NCBI GenBank assembly: GCA_024137785.1
Contig: JAHRHZ010000116.1
Coordinates: forward strand, 310,001-374,000
Origin: Ginglymostoma cirratum
Taxonomy: Eukaryota
DNA: 64,000 nucleotides
Direction of reading: 5' to 3'
Every line of letters starts with the position of its first letter. Position 1 is the first letter of the stretch. The translations under genes and the position numbers were made by a program. This document shows positions 52,686 to 64,000 of the stretch, piece by piece. Below the pieces are notes generated by a model that did not search any database, was not told the origin of the DNA, and saw only the letters and a program-made list of their open reading frames with translations.

Positions 52686-55619
52686 ATCCGATGTTGCAAG
52701 CTTGGAAATGTGACAATATGGACACCTTGAGAACCTGGAAACGTTTTACCAATGGGGAGTCATTGTAGGTCAGCAAGAATAAAGGTTATGGAAGAATGGA
52801 ACTTTGCAAAGACAGGAGCAAGGACCTCCCATGTTTCAGCTGATCTGAATTTGAATTTTGCCCGACAGGTTTGAATTAACGGCCAGAGATCGCGTTTCGT
52901 GGCATTCATTGACTTCTGTAACACTTGCATTTATATATGTGTAGTCCAGTGTGGTATGTCAAATTATTAGCACCAGAATCAGAAGAATCAAAGTCTGGAA
53001 GACAAAGGGACCGATCAGGGTACAGTTCAGGGACACGAAGAATGAGCACAAAGCTGATTTTGTTTTTCCGTTTGGAAATCGCTCAGCAGCATCTGTTTTC
53101 TTTTTGTCTCTCATCGTCAAGTTGTTGGCCATTGCTACCCTAAGCTGAGATCAGTGCGATCTCTCCTGGTGCATCAGTTCTATCTGATTGAAATAGCAGT
53201 GAACAATTTTCTTGTCATCATTACCATTCACATCCTCAACAGGGAACCACATCTAATATTGAACAGCGTCCTGCCCAACAACCATGTGTATGCACTCACC
53301 ATATTGCGTGGTTTTGCCACACATCATGCAACAGTTTGGCTGGCAGTCGCCTTTAGTATTAATTGTTTCATGGCCATCTGCTGCCAGAGACTGAAGGCCA
53401 TTTACTGCAGAGAGAAGAGTGCTTTGCTGCTCATAAGTGTGATCTGTGTCCTGAGTGACATCGAAATACTCCCTTGTACTTTGTTTTCAAACCTGGTTCT
53501 GCGACTGCAAGTCTACCTATATTACTTTCTATAATTGGAAGATCTACGACTGGCTTGACCACACCTTAACACCTTTCCTCCGTTTCATCTCATCCGACAT
53601 CTGAATCTATTCCAATATACACATCTAACCACTCAGCAGAGCCTGAAGGAATCTCTAGATCCCAAGATTCACAAGGATCTGGAGATTGTGAACTGCAACA
53701 GGTTCATTATACAATCTTGACCATCTCACTCAGCTTTCTCTACTGCGGGTTTCCTAAGCTGGACATTTATTTTATGTCCGAGTGTTTGGTCGGCCTACTT
53801 TAACAGCCTGGGTTTCATTTATCCACAGTGTATCTTCAAGAGGGAATTATCACGTGCCAATTCCTCAGTTCCTGTAATAAAGACTCCATCTATGTACTAT
53901 CACTGGCAAAGTTCCAAGAGGAGTTGGAGACTGTGTTCATCTGCCCATTCAATACTCTCATTGGTTGCCTTAAACTGTTTTTTTTTATTATTTTATATTT
54001 ACAACAGTTAATTCACCTCTATCAATATGGTTAAATTTGTAGCGATCTTTCTCGTTTCCGGAAGTCCTGGGTATTAAAGGCAACAATTAAGTGATGAAAC
54101 GTCCATACCTCAGTTCAGAAACATCTGTGTTCACACCACAAAAGGAATGGAACCCTGTTATAAATCCTGCATCTGGATCACATGCTAAATTTCTGTCTGT
54201 GTCTATAATATTCGTTAGGTTTTTAAGATTCAAAAATTGCTATTTCACGAAGCGGCAATAAAGCTGAGTCATTTGATAGTCTCTCCCTTCTCTTTCTCTA
54301 ACTCTCTATAAAACATCGTATAATAAGTAAGGGGTACAAGAACAGCATATTTTTCGACTTAAAATTTAACCCAAATGACTTTTCCAGCGTAATAAAAAAC
54401 AATAATTGCCGGTGTTTGCAATTAAAAAAACCAAACAAAAAGAATGTCGGAGAAACTGAGCCGTTTCACTGTCCACCGATAAAGTCAGACTTACCCAGTT
54501 CTTTTTTCCAGAAATGTTTCATTTTTCTACTTTGTAGAACAAGAATGTGATGTACTATTTTTCACCTGTATGACCAATACTTCTATACAACTTCATCTTT
54601 AGCAGCGTATTTCGAATTTCACCCCAATCTTTCAACAGAAGGGTGATGTTCTCAGTATCTCAGCCTTTTACAGCAACCAAACTGCTTTCAAGTGACATAG
54701 AAGTCGAAACGCAGGTTATTCAGTTTGCTATAATAAGGCTAGTGTATTAGATGATTTTTGGACCTTTTTGTATAACAGATATTACTGCTGCTTACCTATA
54801 ATAACCGGAGGATAGTAAGTATTTCTGAGACAACAAATTTGTATCGAATTACATTTTCCAATGGCCTGCTTTAATATTTTGGCGAAACCAATCAGAAGAG
54901 AACATTGTTGAATATTACCTAAAATGAGAAACAACTGCAGAAAGCAACAGTAGACACGGATTTGGGAACCCTTGCCACTCGTCACATACTGTTGTATCCA
55001 ATTTCAAAAATAACACTGAAGTAAAATTAAACTTGGCTTTTGTTTAAAAAAAAAAACGAATGGAGTTCAGAATTAGTAAGCCTTTTTCATTCATAAAAGT
55101 GAATTTCAAACTATGGCTGACCCACTTATCTCCTGAAACGTATACTGGCATGGGAGGCAGTCCAGCAAATGTCCTCTTGGGTTTAGACTGTCTTTTGAAA
55201 AGAGTTCAGGTCGACTGGGCAGGATGTGCTGAAATATAAAAGAACAAGATGAGACCATGTTGAAAACAAAAAAAAAACTTAGACAACTATATAGTGTAGA
55301 CATGGACAGGATGTTTCCCTTTATGGGAAAGATGCAAACTTGGAGACATAATCACAGTACTGGCTTTGTACAGTTAGACAGAGCTGAGGAGACATTTCTG
55401 TCAAACAGCAGAGAATCTATGGAGTTTTAGCACGTAGGGTGTTGAGATGGCGTCATTGAGATTTGTGAGGTTTTAATAGCCAGGACAAGTGTAAAGAGGT
55501 GGCATTCGACCTCCAAGCTGTTTTTTCTTATAATATGCACCACAGAGGACTGACACAGAGTTAAATCCAGACACTCAATCAATTTTGACTTCCATGCTAA
55601 GCACACTTTCCTGTATTAA

Positions 55620-56035
55620 TGGTCCCGCAACATGTCCGGGTAGTTTCGAGCTGAGAGGAGCTGGGAATGTGTCGATATCCTTGCCTATGACTCAATGTTG
55701 AAAACTATTCATCACAGGGTAGTGACTTACAATATGTGTTTGAGCATCGTCCATTGTGGTGAACTTTCGGCTCTCTTTGTGAAGCAAGCTTTCGAACATG
55801 TTTGTGACTCCTAACATGTAGCTCCAACTTCTGCCAGTTTTCAGAGGAAGTCATGGAAACGAGAGTTCTTTGGCCGGTCACAGCAGACCCATATCGAAGA
55901 TCAGTGTTTTCTCCAGCTGAGGTGCATTTTCGGAGCCACAGCCCCCCACGACTGATTCATTGTGGATAGAATCCCCAGTCAACCTTTTTGCACATGGAAA
56001 CTGCAAAGCATCTGTTTACAAGGGACAGTGGTGGT
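55620..56035 (-). pseudogene. minus-strand relic of unidentified repeated-domain gene family
   Basis: Reverse complement gives PLSLV, LEKTLIFDMGL (compare LENSLVFQIKL at 11050) and AVTGQ...SENWQKLELHVRS (compare KLELMFRS and SNWPNAELRF). Confidence 0.5.
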
Positions 56036-56540
56036 TGAAAGAAGGAATGAACAAAAAAAAAAGCAAAAGCTTTGATAGGTCAACAACAACACTGATATCT
56101 ATTCAACAAAGTTAAACAAAATGTTCAGTTATGCACTGGAGAGCTTTGGATTGTGTTCGTTAGAAGCCAAAAGGCTGATATGTGATTTGACAAAAACTTT
56201 AAAAACCAGTCAGCTGCTGGAACGGAGCTGATAGGCTGAGGAGGCGATCAGGAGAAACTGTGCCTGCTCACAACAGTATCGAGAACTACACTACACCATT
56301 GTAAAATAGTTTGCAATTGTTAAAGAGACAAAATTAGAAGAAAGTAAAACCTTTCAAAATACATACCACCGTGTTGCGAGTATAGTGACTAGAAAGGGTG
56401 ACAAGGCAAGTTCAAATGAGAAATCTGAGAGGAGACTAGCTGATTATTTAAATCGTAATAATGTCTGCATATTGAGTGCAAAGGCTGCCTTATGGATCGA
56501 AGTCTAAATGCTAAGAGAGTCGCTGCAGATCAGATGGACT

Positions 56541-57324
56541 TGAAATGTTATTGGGATAACATCCCATTGATTTCTATAATCTCTATAAATTAAGGCTCTT
56601 TATCTGCTTACAGAAAGGTATGCAGGCACTGCCTTAAAACTTCCTGCCCAACTAGAATTAGGTGTAAAGCTTTGTAACTCCTTATCTTCCTATACATAAG
56701 TAGAAACGACACTGCCTTAAGCTTCCACCCTGAATAGAATTAGGTATAAACTTTGTAAATCTTTATTTTCCTGCACAAGGGTATGTGGAAGCTGTCTCAA
56801 ATAAGATTAGGTGGCAACGTTTGTAAGGTGTGAGACTTCTGAAATCCTGTAAAGAATGTAACTTCTGTTTCTGCTAAAGGGTCCAGGACACTGACCTTTG
56901 TACAAGCCAGACACTTCGGAAGCTTGAAATCACATTCTGTCACTTCGGCAACTTGAAATCGCCTCCTGCTGCTAGCGGTCACTTTGCGAACAATCAATAC
57001 TCTATCCGGCTTTCTTTATGTTTTCGATGTAGTAATTGTTTGTGTTATCACGTCATTTTCCGATGTAGTGATTGTTTCATGGAAAATACCATTGTGAGAT
57101 GTAAAATTGCTTTATGTACTACGCACTCAATAAGGTATAAAAAGTGGGGACTGTCGCTGCTCGGGGAGAATAGCTTACGAGACTCTGCACTCTGTGCCGG
57201 GTTGAGCACAGTGATCCTTCACAGCTTGTACTTGCTTTGTAATAAAGGATTTGTGTTTTTCTAAACAGGTCAGTGTCTCGTTATTGCATCAAGTCCGTGA
57301 GGGTCTCCAAAAACGAACCTAACA
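56541..57324 (+). mobile_element. solo LTR (ERV- or Gypsy-type)
   Basis: TG...CA ends, 4-bp TSD GACT (56537-56540 / 57325-57328), TATAAAAA near 57136, AATAAA at 57241, about 62-bp direct repeat in U3 (56627 and 56710); inserted in a CR1 tail. Confidence 0.8.
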
Positions 57325-58769
57325 GACTGTCTAGCCAGAATTCAAAACAACAGTTCTGAGAATTCAGTGAGCATACAACACAATGAACAAAAAAGGAGTG
57401 AAACAATATTCTCATCACTACCCTTCACGCATATCCGCTGTCAACCACCGTATATAATAGAATCATTATATACAGCTGATGTTTCTTCACCCCATTCGAA
57501 CTGATAATCTCTCTGAAATTGCTGCCAATCTGTCCCAAGCCTCTGTTGTTTTCTTGAATGTTACCGAAACATTTCTCCTTTCTAATAAAGGGTCGATATT
57601 TCTTTGAAAATTGAACATGCCAAATGAAAACATTTCCATCTCCTTGAATATTTCTACATGACTAAAATCGCATATTCCTCATGCTAGTCTCTCAAATATT
57701 CCCTTTAACCTCTTCAAGGAGCAGATATCGATCATGAAGTATGGCACGCTGAGCGAAGCACCATAATTCAATATTGTTTCAATGGTAACTTCTCATGAGT
57801 CAGTATCAATCTATTTCATTGCATATCATGCCTTCATCGATATTGCGAAGGATCCCACAAACTTCTTTTCAAAATAAGAGTTTGATCAGATTCTTTTGTA
57901 GCATTCGAATATGTATTCATTTGAACTTTCAGTTTTGTACTCAGTCTTTCAAATCGTACCATTTAATTTCTGATGCCTCTTCTCGTTTGACTTTTCAAAA
58001 GTTTTCATTAGCTGTGAATAATTCTGGGATAGTTAAGGGTGTGAAAATTGCCATATGAATTCTGGAACAACTTTTTTTTTTTGTTTTCGGGAGCTGATTA
58101 AAAATCGATCTTTGTTTCCATCAAGGAATTAAGTTAAAAACTGTGTTTGAAGTGGAATATTTTACATTTGTCCTCATAATCCTCGTATACGTGGTGCCAG
58201 GACTGAAGTGCAATATAAATGTATGTGATAATCATGTTCCATTCATTAATAAGCAGGAAAACTGCAGAAATATATAAAATACCATGCGACCACCAAAATG
58301 ATAAACTTTTCAGGCTGATGTTCACGCCAAAAGCAATTCACATCATGTTTCATCAGAACTAGAAAAATAACTCTTGTTTTGACACATAAAACAAATGTAT
58401 TTACGTTCTATGAATCTGAAACTTAACTTTAATGCTTCTGAAATCTTCAGGTACAGACACACTCAATCATGATTAAGACAAAAAATACAAATGGTTGCAA
58501 TCATATAACATGGGTGAAAGGGTATTTAGACAGGGTAAACACTGTTCAAGTGATCACAATTTTAAACCAAAGTGGAAGTTATTTCCCCACAGTCATTTTG
58601 ATTTTTGTAATTGAGTCACCGTTTTCTGTGTGTGGTGGTCAAATGAGATTAGCTTCGATAAGGGACCTTATGAAATATCGACCTTCTTCCTCAACTGAGT
58701 ACTTTCCAGCACAGTTGTCAGCAGGGCTCTCATTTGGGTCAAACTCATTTCCCACTCTTCCGCACTCGC

Positions 58770-59810
58770 CTCCTTCCTTTCTTCTCACAACAGAGATAGA
58801 GTTTTCCTTCTCCTTACCTGCGATTCCACCAACATTCAAATCCAGAAGATCATCAGACGCCATTTACATCACCACCAGCGGGGTGCCACCAGCAGACTCA
58901 TATTCCACTTCCCTCTCTTGTCCGTCTTCTGCAGGAACCGTTCAACCTGAAGACACTCTGGTCGACTGTCCCTTCTCTTCCAACACATATTCACAGCCCC
59001 ATGGTTCCTTCCCCTGCAAACACAGAAGGTGTAGCACCTGGAAACTTACGTCTTCCGTCCCCAGTATTAAAGGGCCGAAATATACCTTCTTGGAGAAGCA
59101 GTGCTACACGTGCAGTTCCCACAATCTAGTCTACTGAATTTGTTCCTCACAATGTGGTCTCCTATAGACTGGGGAAACGAAGCGTAGACTGGATGATCAT
59201 TTCACAGAATATCTACTTTGTGCCCACAAAAAAAGGTACTTTAGCTTCCAGTTGCCAGCCAAGTTAACACACTCCCCTGTTCCCAAGCCAACATCGCTAT
59301 CTTAGGCTTGCTGCAGTGTTTCAGCGAACCTCAGCGCAAGTTTGAAGAAAAACACCTCATTTTCTGCTTGGGCACTCTGCAGCCGTACGAACTCAATACT
59401 GAGTTCAATAATTTTAGAACCTGAACTCCCCCTTGTCCTAGCACCCCACCCCACACACCAGGCCTGGTTATCACACTGTTTGACATTACACAATACCTCA
59501 TCTTAGTCACTGACTGTCGCCATTAATAGTTAATTAATGTCCTAGCCAGATGGACATCATCTCCTTTGTCTGTACAATATTCATCTCTCTATTTGGGCTC
59601 TGTCCCCTAATATCATTTACTCCTTACACACTCCCCTCACTCTATCGTCTGCATATGAACCAACAGTTTTTCTAGCTACCATTAGTTCTCAGGAATGGTC
59701 ACCGGACCTGAAAAATTAACTTTGACTTTGCCTCACAGATGCTGCCAGACCTGCCAAGCTTTTCGGACAACTTCAGTCTTTGTTCATGTTTTACCTCAGC
59801 CACAGTAATT
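58770..59810 (+). mobile_element. Penelope-like element 3' fragment (GIY-YIG plus pseudo-LTR)
   Basis: GSFPCKHRRCSTW...SIKGPK; NLVY..CSSQCGLL.TGETKRRL; RKFEEKHLIFCLGTLQP; terminal repeat like that at 5.4 kb. Confidence 0.85.
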
Positions 59811-59889
59811 ACGGATCTTATTTATTATTTGCTGACTTGCAAGATTCATTTTGCAAAAAAAAAAATTGATATATGTTACTACTTTTCGG

Positions 59890-60230
59890 GGAGAGGCAGT
59901 GGCCCAGTAATGTTAACGCTGGACTGTTAATTCAGAGATCGAGATAATGTTTTGGGGACGCGGGTTCGAATCCCACGACAGCAGATGGTGGAATTTGAAT
60001 TCAATAAAAAAAATTCTGGAATTAATACTCGCATGATTACCATCAATCCATTGTCGATGTTGGGAAGAGCCTATCTGGTTCACTGATGTCCTTTAGGGAA
60101 GGAAACTGGTCTACACGTGCCTCCAGGCACACAGAAATGTGGTTGACTCTGAATTGCCCTCTAGTCAATTGTGGATGGGCAATAAATGCTGCCTAGCCAA
60201 AGACACCCGCATCTTATTAATGACTAAAGG
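59890..60230 (+). mobile_element. tRNA-headed SINE (same family as 13070-13435)
   Basis: ggcagtggcccagtaatg..gggttcgaatcccacg (A/B boxes); tail gatgggcaataaatgctg. Confidence 0.85.
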
Positions 60231-60859
60231 ACAAAAAAATTAACAGCTGTCACACAAACGTGTGCATTTCGCAAAAACCTTAAATATGTATTTATGCAGA
60301 AACACAGAGAAAATTCAAAGAGTCGGTAAAAATTGAAGCGAAGTCTCCCATAAGCCTCATTTGCAAGCTCATCAAATAACTACATTTATTAATAGAAAGA
60401 AACATAAGTTACTATCATTAACTCCTTACCTATTTCATTGATATCGCTTTTCATTTTCTCTGAACGTAAATTCTCTAATGTATTCTCATTACACTTCCAC
60501 CAACCTCTGTAGATTGTTTATTAATATCAAGCAAGGCGCTGGAATCGTGCCATTGAATTAATAAATTACAAACATCTCTTAACTGTTCAAATTTTGATAT
60601 GGGAACAGTAATCTGAACCAATGGCTCAAATGCCCTACCATAGATCATTTTTACTTACAGCTGCAGGGAATTGATTTTTGATTACAACGACTCTCTTTCC
60701 TCATACAGCAGGAATTCCCTTTTGAAAATAAACAACTTTTACGTACTGAGGTGTCCATTACCTTACAGCTGTAGGAGAAAAAAATAATGAAGTTGTGAAT
60801 GCGCCAGCCATAGTTGTTTAAACTTCATTTTTCCACTCAGGGACTTTTGGACATAAAAC

Positions 60860-61340
60860 TAAAATGGAAAACACTAAACTTTGGAAACCAGTGTCATGTA
60901 GTCATACACAGTGAGTGGTGGGATGCGGTGGTAGGTGACCATAAAGGTCTCACTGTAATCACACTGTAAAGGAAAATGTTGGAAGTGCACGGCAGATTGA
61001 ACATAGCCTGCAGTAAGCAAAAGAGTTGATGTTTCAGGTAGTGGGCGTTACAGCCAATCACAGGCAATCTTAGGAATTCAATGGATTATTAAAAATTAGG
61101 CAGACTGAGAAATGGCGCACAGCAGAAGAGAGGGTTTGTGACTGCATAGAAGATAGGAGAGATTAAATAAATTAAGAGTGATGATGCAGTGTAGAAACTG
61201 TGCAACTCGATGCAGTACTGAAACTAAAGGTGGGAGAGCCATTGTATAACTTATCTGATCCTGGTTTGAATGGAAATGTATTGATTCTCTCGCTTGAGTC
61301 ATTTGGCTCCTTTGCGACACGGAAAATGTTCAATTTTCCT
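60860..61340 (+). pseudogene. relic of unidentified repeated-domain gene family
   Basis: ggaaaccag (GNQ) near 60882; TAD..(tag cct for WP)AVS followed by ELMFQVV near 61020. Confidence 0.35.
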
Positions 61341-62384
61341 CAAATGCCCTCTTTTGCAAGTTTGCAGACTGAATGAAGGTTGGCCCAGAAACTCATCAGC
61401 CCGTGTTCGTTTTCTCCAATGTACAGGAGATAGAACCGTCCTCAATGAAAATGATAATTGAATTTTAAGAACTGAAAGTAAGTCATTTTCTAATTATATC
61501 TCTCAAAACTCTGAGAATAACCTAACAAAGCCCTTTCATCTGAAGACCAAAAAAATGGAAAATAATGTTAATTATGAATTACGCTAACGAAATATTAACG
61601 GCTAGCTCAGTTACTTCGATTTTTTTACATCAGCAGAAATAACTCCCAATTATCAGAACGAATACTATGCAATTCTCGGTGTTATTTGCAGCGAAATTGA
61701 ATTATTTTTTGTGGCGAATGAAATCACTGGTGTGTCAATACAATGGAAAACTGAATCGATCCCTGCACACATTTTCAATAAGAGGTGTCAGAATGGATGT
61801 GGTTGAATTTTGAAAGTAGGAGGGAGGAGATATGAGATCATGAGTGGTGGACTTTGAGAATTGAAGAGATGAACTCTGAGAGCGGGTGGGGACTTGTTTT
61901 GAGAGTTTGAGGATTTGAGTTCTAATACTGACTGGGGATTAGTTATGGTAGTGGGGAGTTTTGAGTTGTGAAATCAGGAAGAGTGAAGTATGAGAGGTGA
62001 TTGGACGCATTGAGAATTGGCTGGATTGCGCTTCTGTGTGATACTGTTTCCAGATGTCGTAGCCCTGGGTAGCAGACTTGCCTATGGGGAGAGAGTGGCA
62101 GAAAAGGATTGAATGCAGGGTTCACTTGTTTTGAATATATTACTGTGAAAGTTCAGTATCTTATTTCTTAATATAAAAGAGATTTCGGACAATACAATAT
62201 CTGCAGTATAGAAGTGTGAGAAGTGATCTCATTGAAAAATATAAAAATGAGAACGTGCTGGACGTGTTAGACACTGAGAGGTTATTTTCCCTGGCTGGGG
62301 AACAGTAAGCACAAGGGCACAGTCTCACGATCAAAAGCCAATAATTTAGGACTGAATGAAGAAATAGAGCTTTGGGAGCAGAGT

Positions 62385-63570
62385 CCAAGCCTGACAATCA
62401 ACTGCAATGCCACTTCTGCTTTTACAAGTAAGACAAATCTCGTTGCACACACACAGCAGGTAAATGATATCTTCTTACTGTCGACCTGCTGGTGTTGCAG
62501 TCGGTTGAATGTCTGAAATAAATATATAAAACTCCCAAAAACAATGCATGTGAATATATTTTGCCCCAGTGTCAATCCTTCCATGTCGTGCCTGATCGGA
62601 TGAAGTCGTCAATAAATTTACATGTAAAGAGCGGGTAGTTGGCCTCTCACGTGTGTGAACTTGCTCGTTTTGACTTGTGTGAGATGGTTGTCTGTAACTC
62701 TTTTCTCAATCAGAACAAATAAACGGTCTCTCATCAGGGTGAGTTATAGATATAGCACACTGTGGAGTTGAAGGAACACAGGAGGCCAGTCAGCATCGGA
62801 GAGTAGAAAAGTTAACCTTCCAATTCGGGAACCTTCTTCAGAAATGGGGGAAGGGGAAATCAGCTCAGAAGTAAATAGAGAGAGGAGGGGTGGGGATAGG
62901 AAAGGAAGGTAAAAAGGCGATAGGTCTGTGCAGGTAGGAGATCCACTGAGGCATTTCCGGAGGGAGGAGGGTAATTTCTTCAAGGTAGGCAGCCCAAGAA
63001 GATGCTGCGCAGTGGGGTTATAACTCACTCACAGATAGTAAGACCTGCCGATGCTGGAGTCAGAAATGACACAGTTTGGAGTCGGAGGAACGCAGCAGGC
63101 CAGGGAGCGTCAGAGGAGTACGAAAATTGACATTTCTGGTCCGGACCCTTCTTCAGAAATGTGAATGGGCATGCGAGTTCAGAAATAAACAAAGAGAAGA
63201 GATGGGGCTGGGGTTGGTAGGTGGGACGGTGATCCCAGCCCCACCCCTCCTCTTGAAATTGAACTTGAACTTTTCATCCAACTTGGAGACAGACAAAGAT
63301 GACTGAACAACGAGGAAGAAATTCGTATGTCGGGTTCGGAAAACAGGAATGAAATTCCTGTCTACACAGGCATTGTGTTTGGGAGAAGCCGTTAATAGAC
63401 TGTTAATTTGCGAAGTAATTTGCTCAGTCAAAATCTATGCTGGTACACCAGTGAATTCAAATGTGTGAAATCCTATTCATCTGTCAAATATTTGCAAGAG
63501 TATTTTTTCAGGTAGCCCATCTGCTGGCAGGTCAGCAAGTCCACACATGGCTGTGGAGATTGGAAATTAG
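62385..63570 (-). pseudogene. minus-strand relic of unidentified repeated-domain gene family, split by Penelope ends at about 62745-63240
   Basis: ORF 62282-62584(-) FIYLFQ...QVDSKKISF...LLVKAEV...VRLGL and segment 63245-63430(-) TGISFLFSEP...LFSHL....SW / FKFNFKR follow the motif order of the other relics. Confidence 0.4.
62745..63240 (-). mobile_element. two tandem Penelope pseudo-LTR ends
   Basis: Both resemble the left arm at 16010-16200; hammerhead-like CTGAAGA-agggtccggacca-GAAATGTC at 63128-63156(-). Confidence 0.8.
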
Positions 63571-64000
63571 TTTGTTCTACTGATCATCACATCTAAGACC
63601 TATTAACCACATAAGTACAAAAGTAGATTGCAGTAGAATCTGTAGCTGATTCTATGTTAGGTTTCTAGTGCCCTTTAAAGAAAAGCTGTCATTGATACTT
63701 TATTCGAATTCAGAAAAATATCACCAGTAATTAGGTTACACCTAAAACAACATAAAACAACATTATGTTTTAAACATAAATTTCTCCTGGTAAGAACAAA
63801 GGAAAATTGAAATTTGATGTCTGAAAGATTCTCCTGATTAAAATCTACTGTTAGAATGTTAAAACTTTTCTGATAATTCTACGGATTTGCACAAAGGCAC
63901 CTCCAAGATGCACCACGAGGAAGGGGAATGGGAACTGATGGAGAGTCAATGATATAGTCGAGAGGAGGAGGTTGATATCAGGTACTGTTGGGCGAGTTTA

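Larger units (their letters stand above)
48839..53977 (+). pseudogene. two-exon GPR139-like pseudogene (exon 1 48839-48906, exon 2 about 53117-53977)
   Basis: Exon 1 MHGPMNG... has a 2-nt deletion and a GCAAGT donor; acceptor is tcatcg where copy B has tcacag. Exon 2 reads LLAIATLS*; VWLAVAFSINCFMAICCQ (DRF changed to NCF); LQE...FLSSCN..IYVLS..KFQEEL; multiple frameshifts. Confidence 0.9.

Noticed and set aside
58469-59137. 222-aa ORF
   Set aside because: Chance fusion of flanking DNA with a Penelope GIY-YIG remnant, partly out of frame.
59890-59980. tRNA gene candidates (A/B boxes here and at 13070, 9803 and 50195)
   Set aside because: These are SINE heads followed by SINE bodies; no complete cloverleaf.
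1-64000. Prokaryotic systems (CRISPR arrays, operons, defence islands)
   Set aside because: The sequence is eukaryotic (spliceosomal introns, LINEs, SINEs); no regularly spaced direct-repeat array was seen.

Overview
Eukaryotic genomic DNA, most likely from a shark or other elasmobranch (inferred from HE1/V-SINE-type SINEs, CR1 LINEs, Penelope-like elements and the receptor family present). The window is part of a tandem cluster of two-exon GPR139-like class A GPCR genes. Two copies have intact reading frames (815-884 + 2390-3291; 37371-37440 + 38647-39521) and two are pseudogenes (an inverted fragment at about 6.4-7.2 kb; a two-exon copy at about 48.8-54.0 kb). Much of the remainder is nested retroelements: CR1, Rex1/Babar, a tRNA-headed LINE with matching SINEs, Penelope-like elements carrying minimal hammerhead-ribozyme motifs, and a solo LTR. 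Between these lie at least eight degraded, mutually similar coding-like relics on both strands that appear to encode an unidentified repeated domain of about 100-115 aa (rough by-eye consensus FLY.F...WEQ...VTGNQFSY.PG...[IV].[AV][DE].G...SNWP...EL[RM]F.FRV). All alignments were done by eye, and repeat boundaries are approximate unless a target-site duplication is given.
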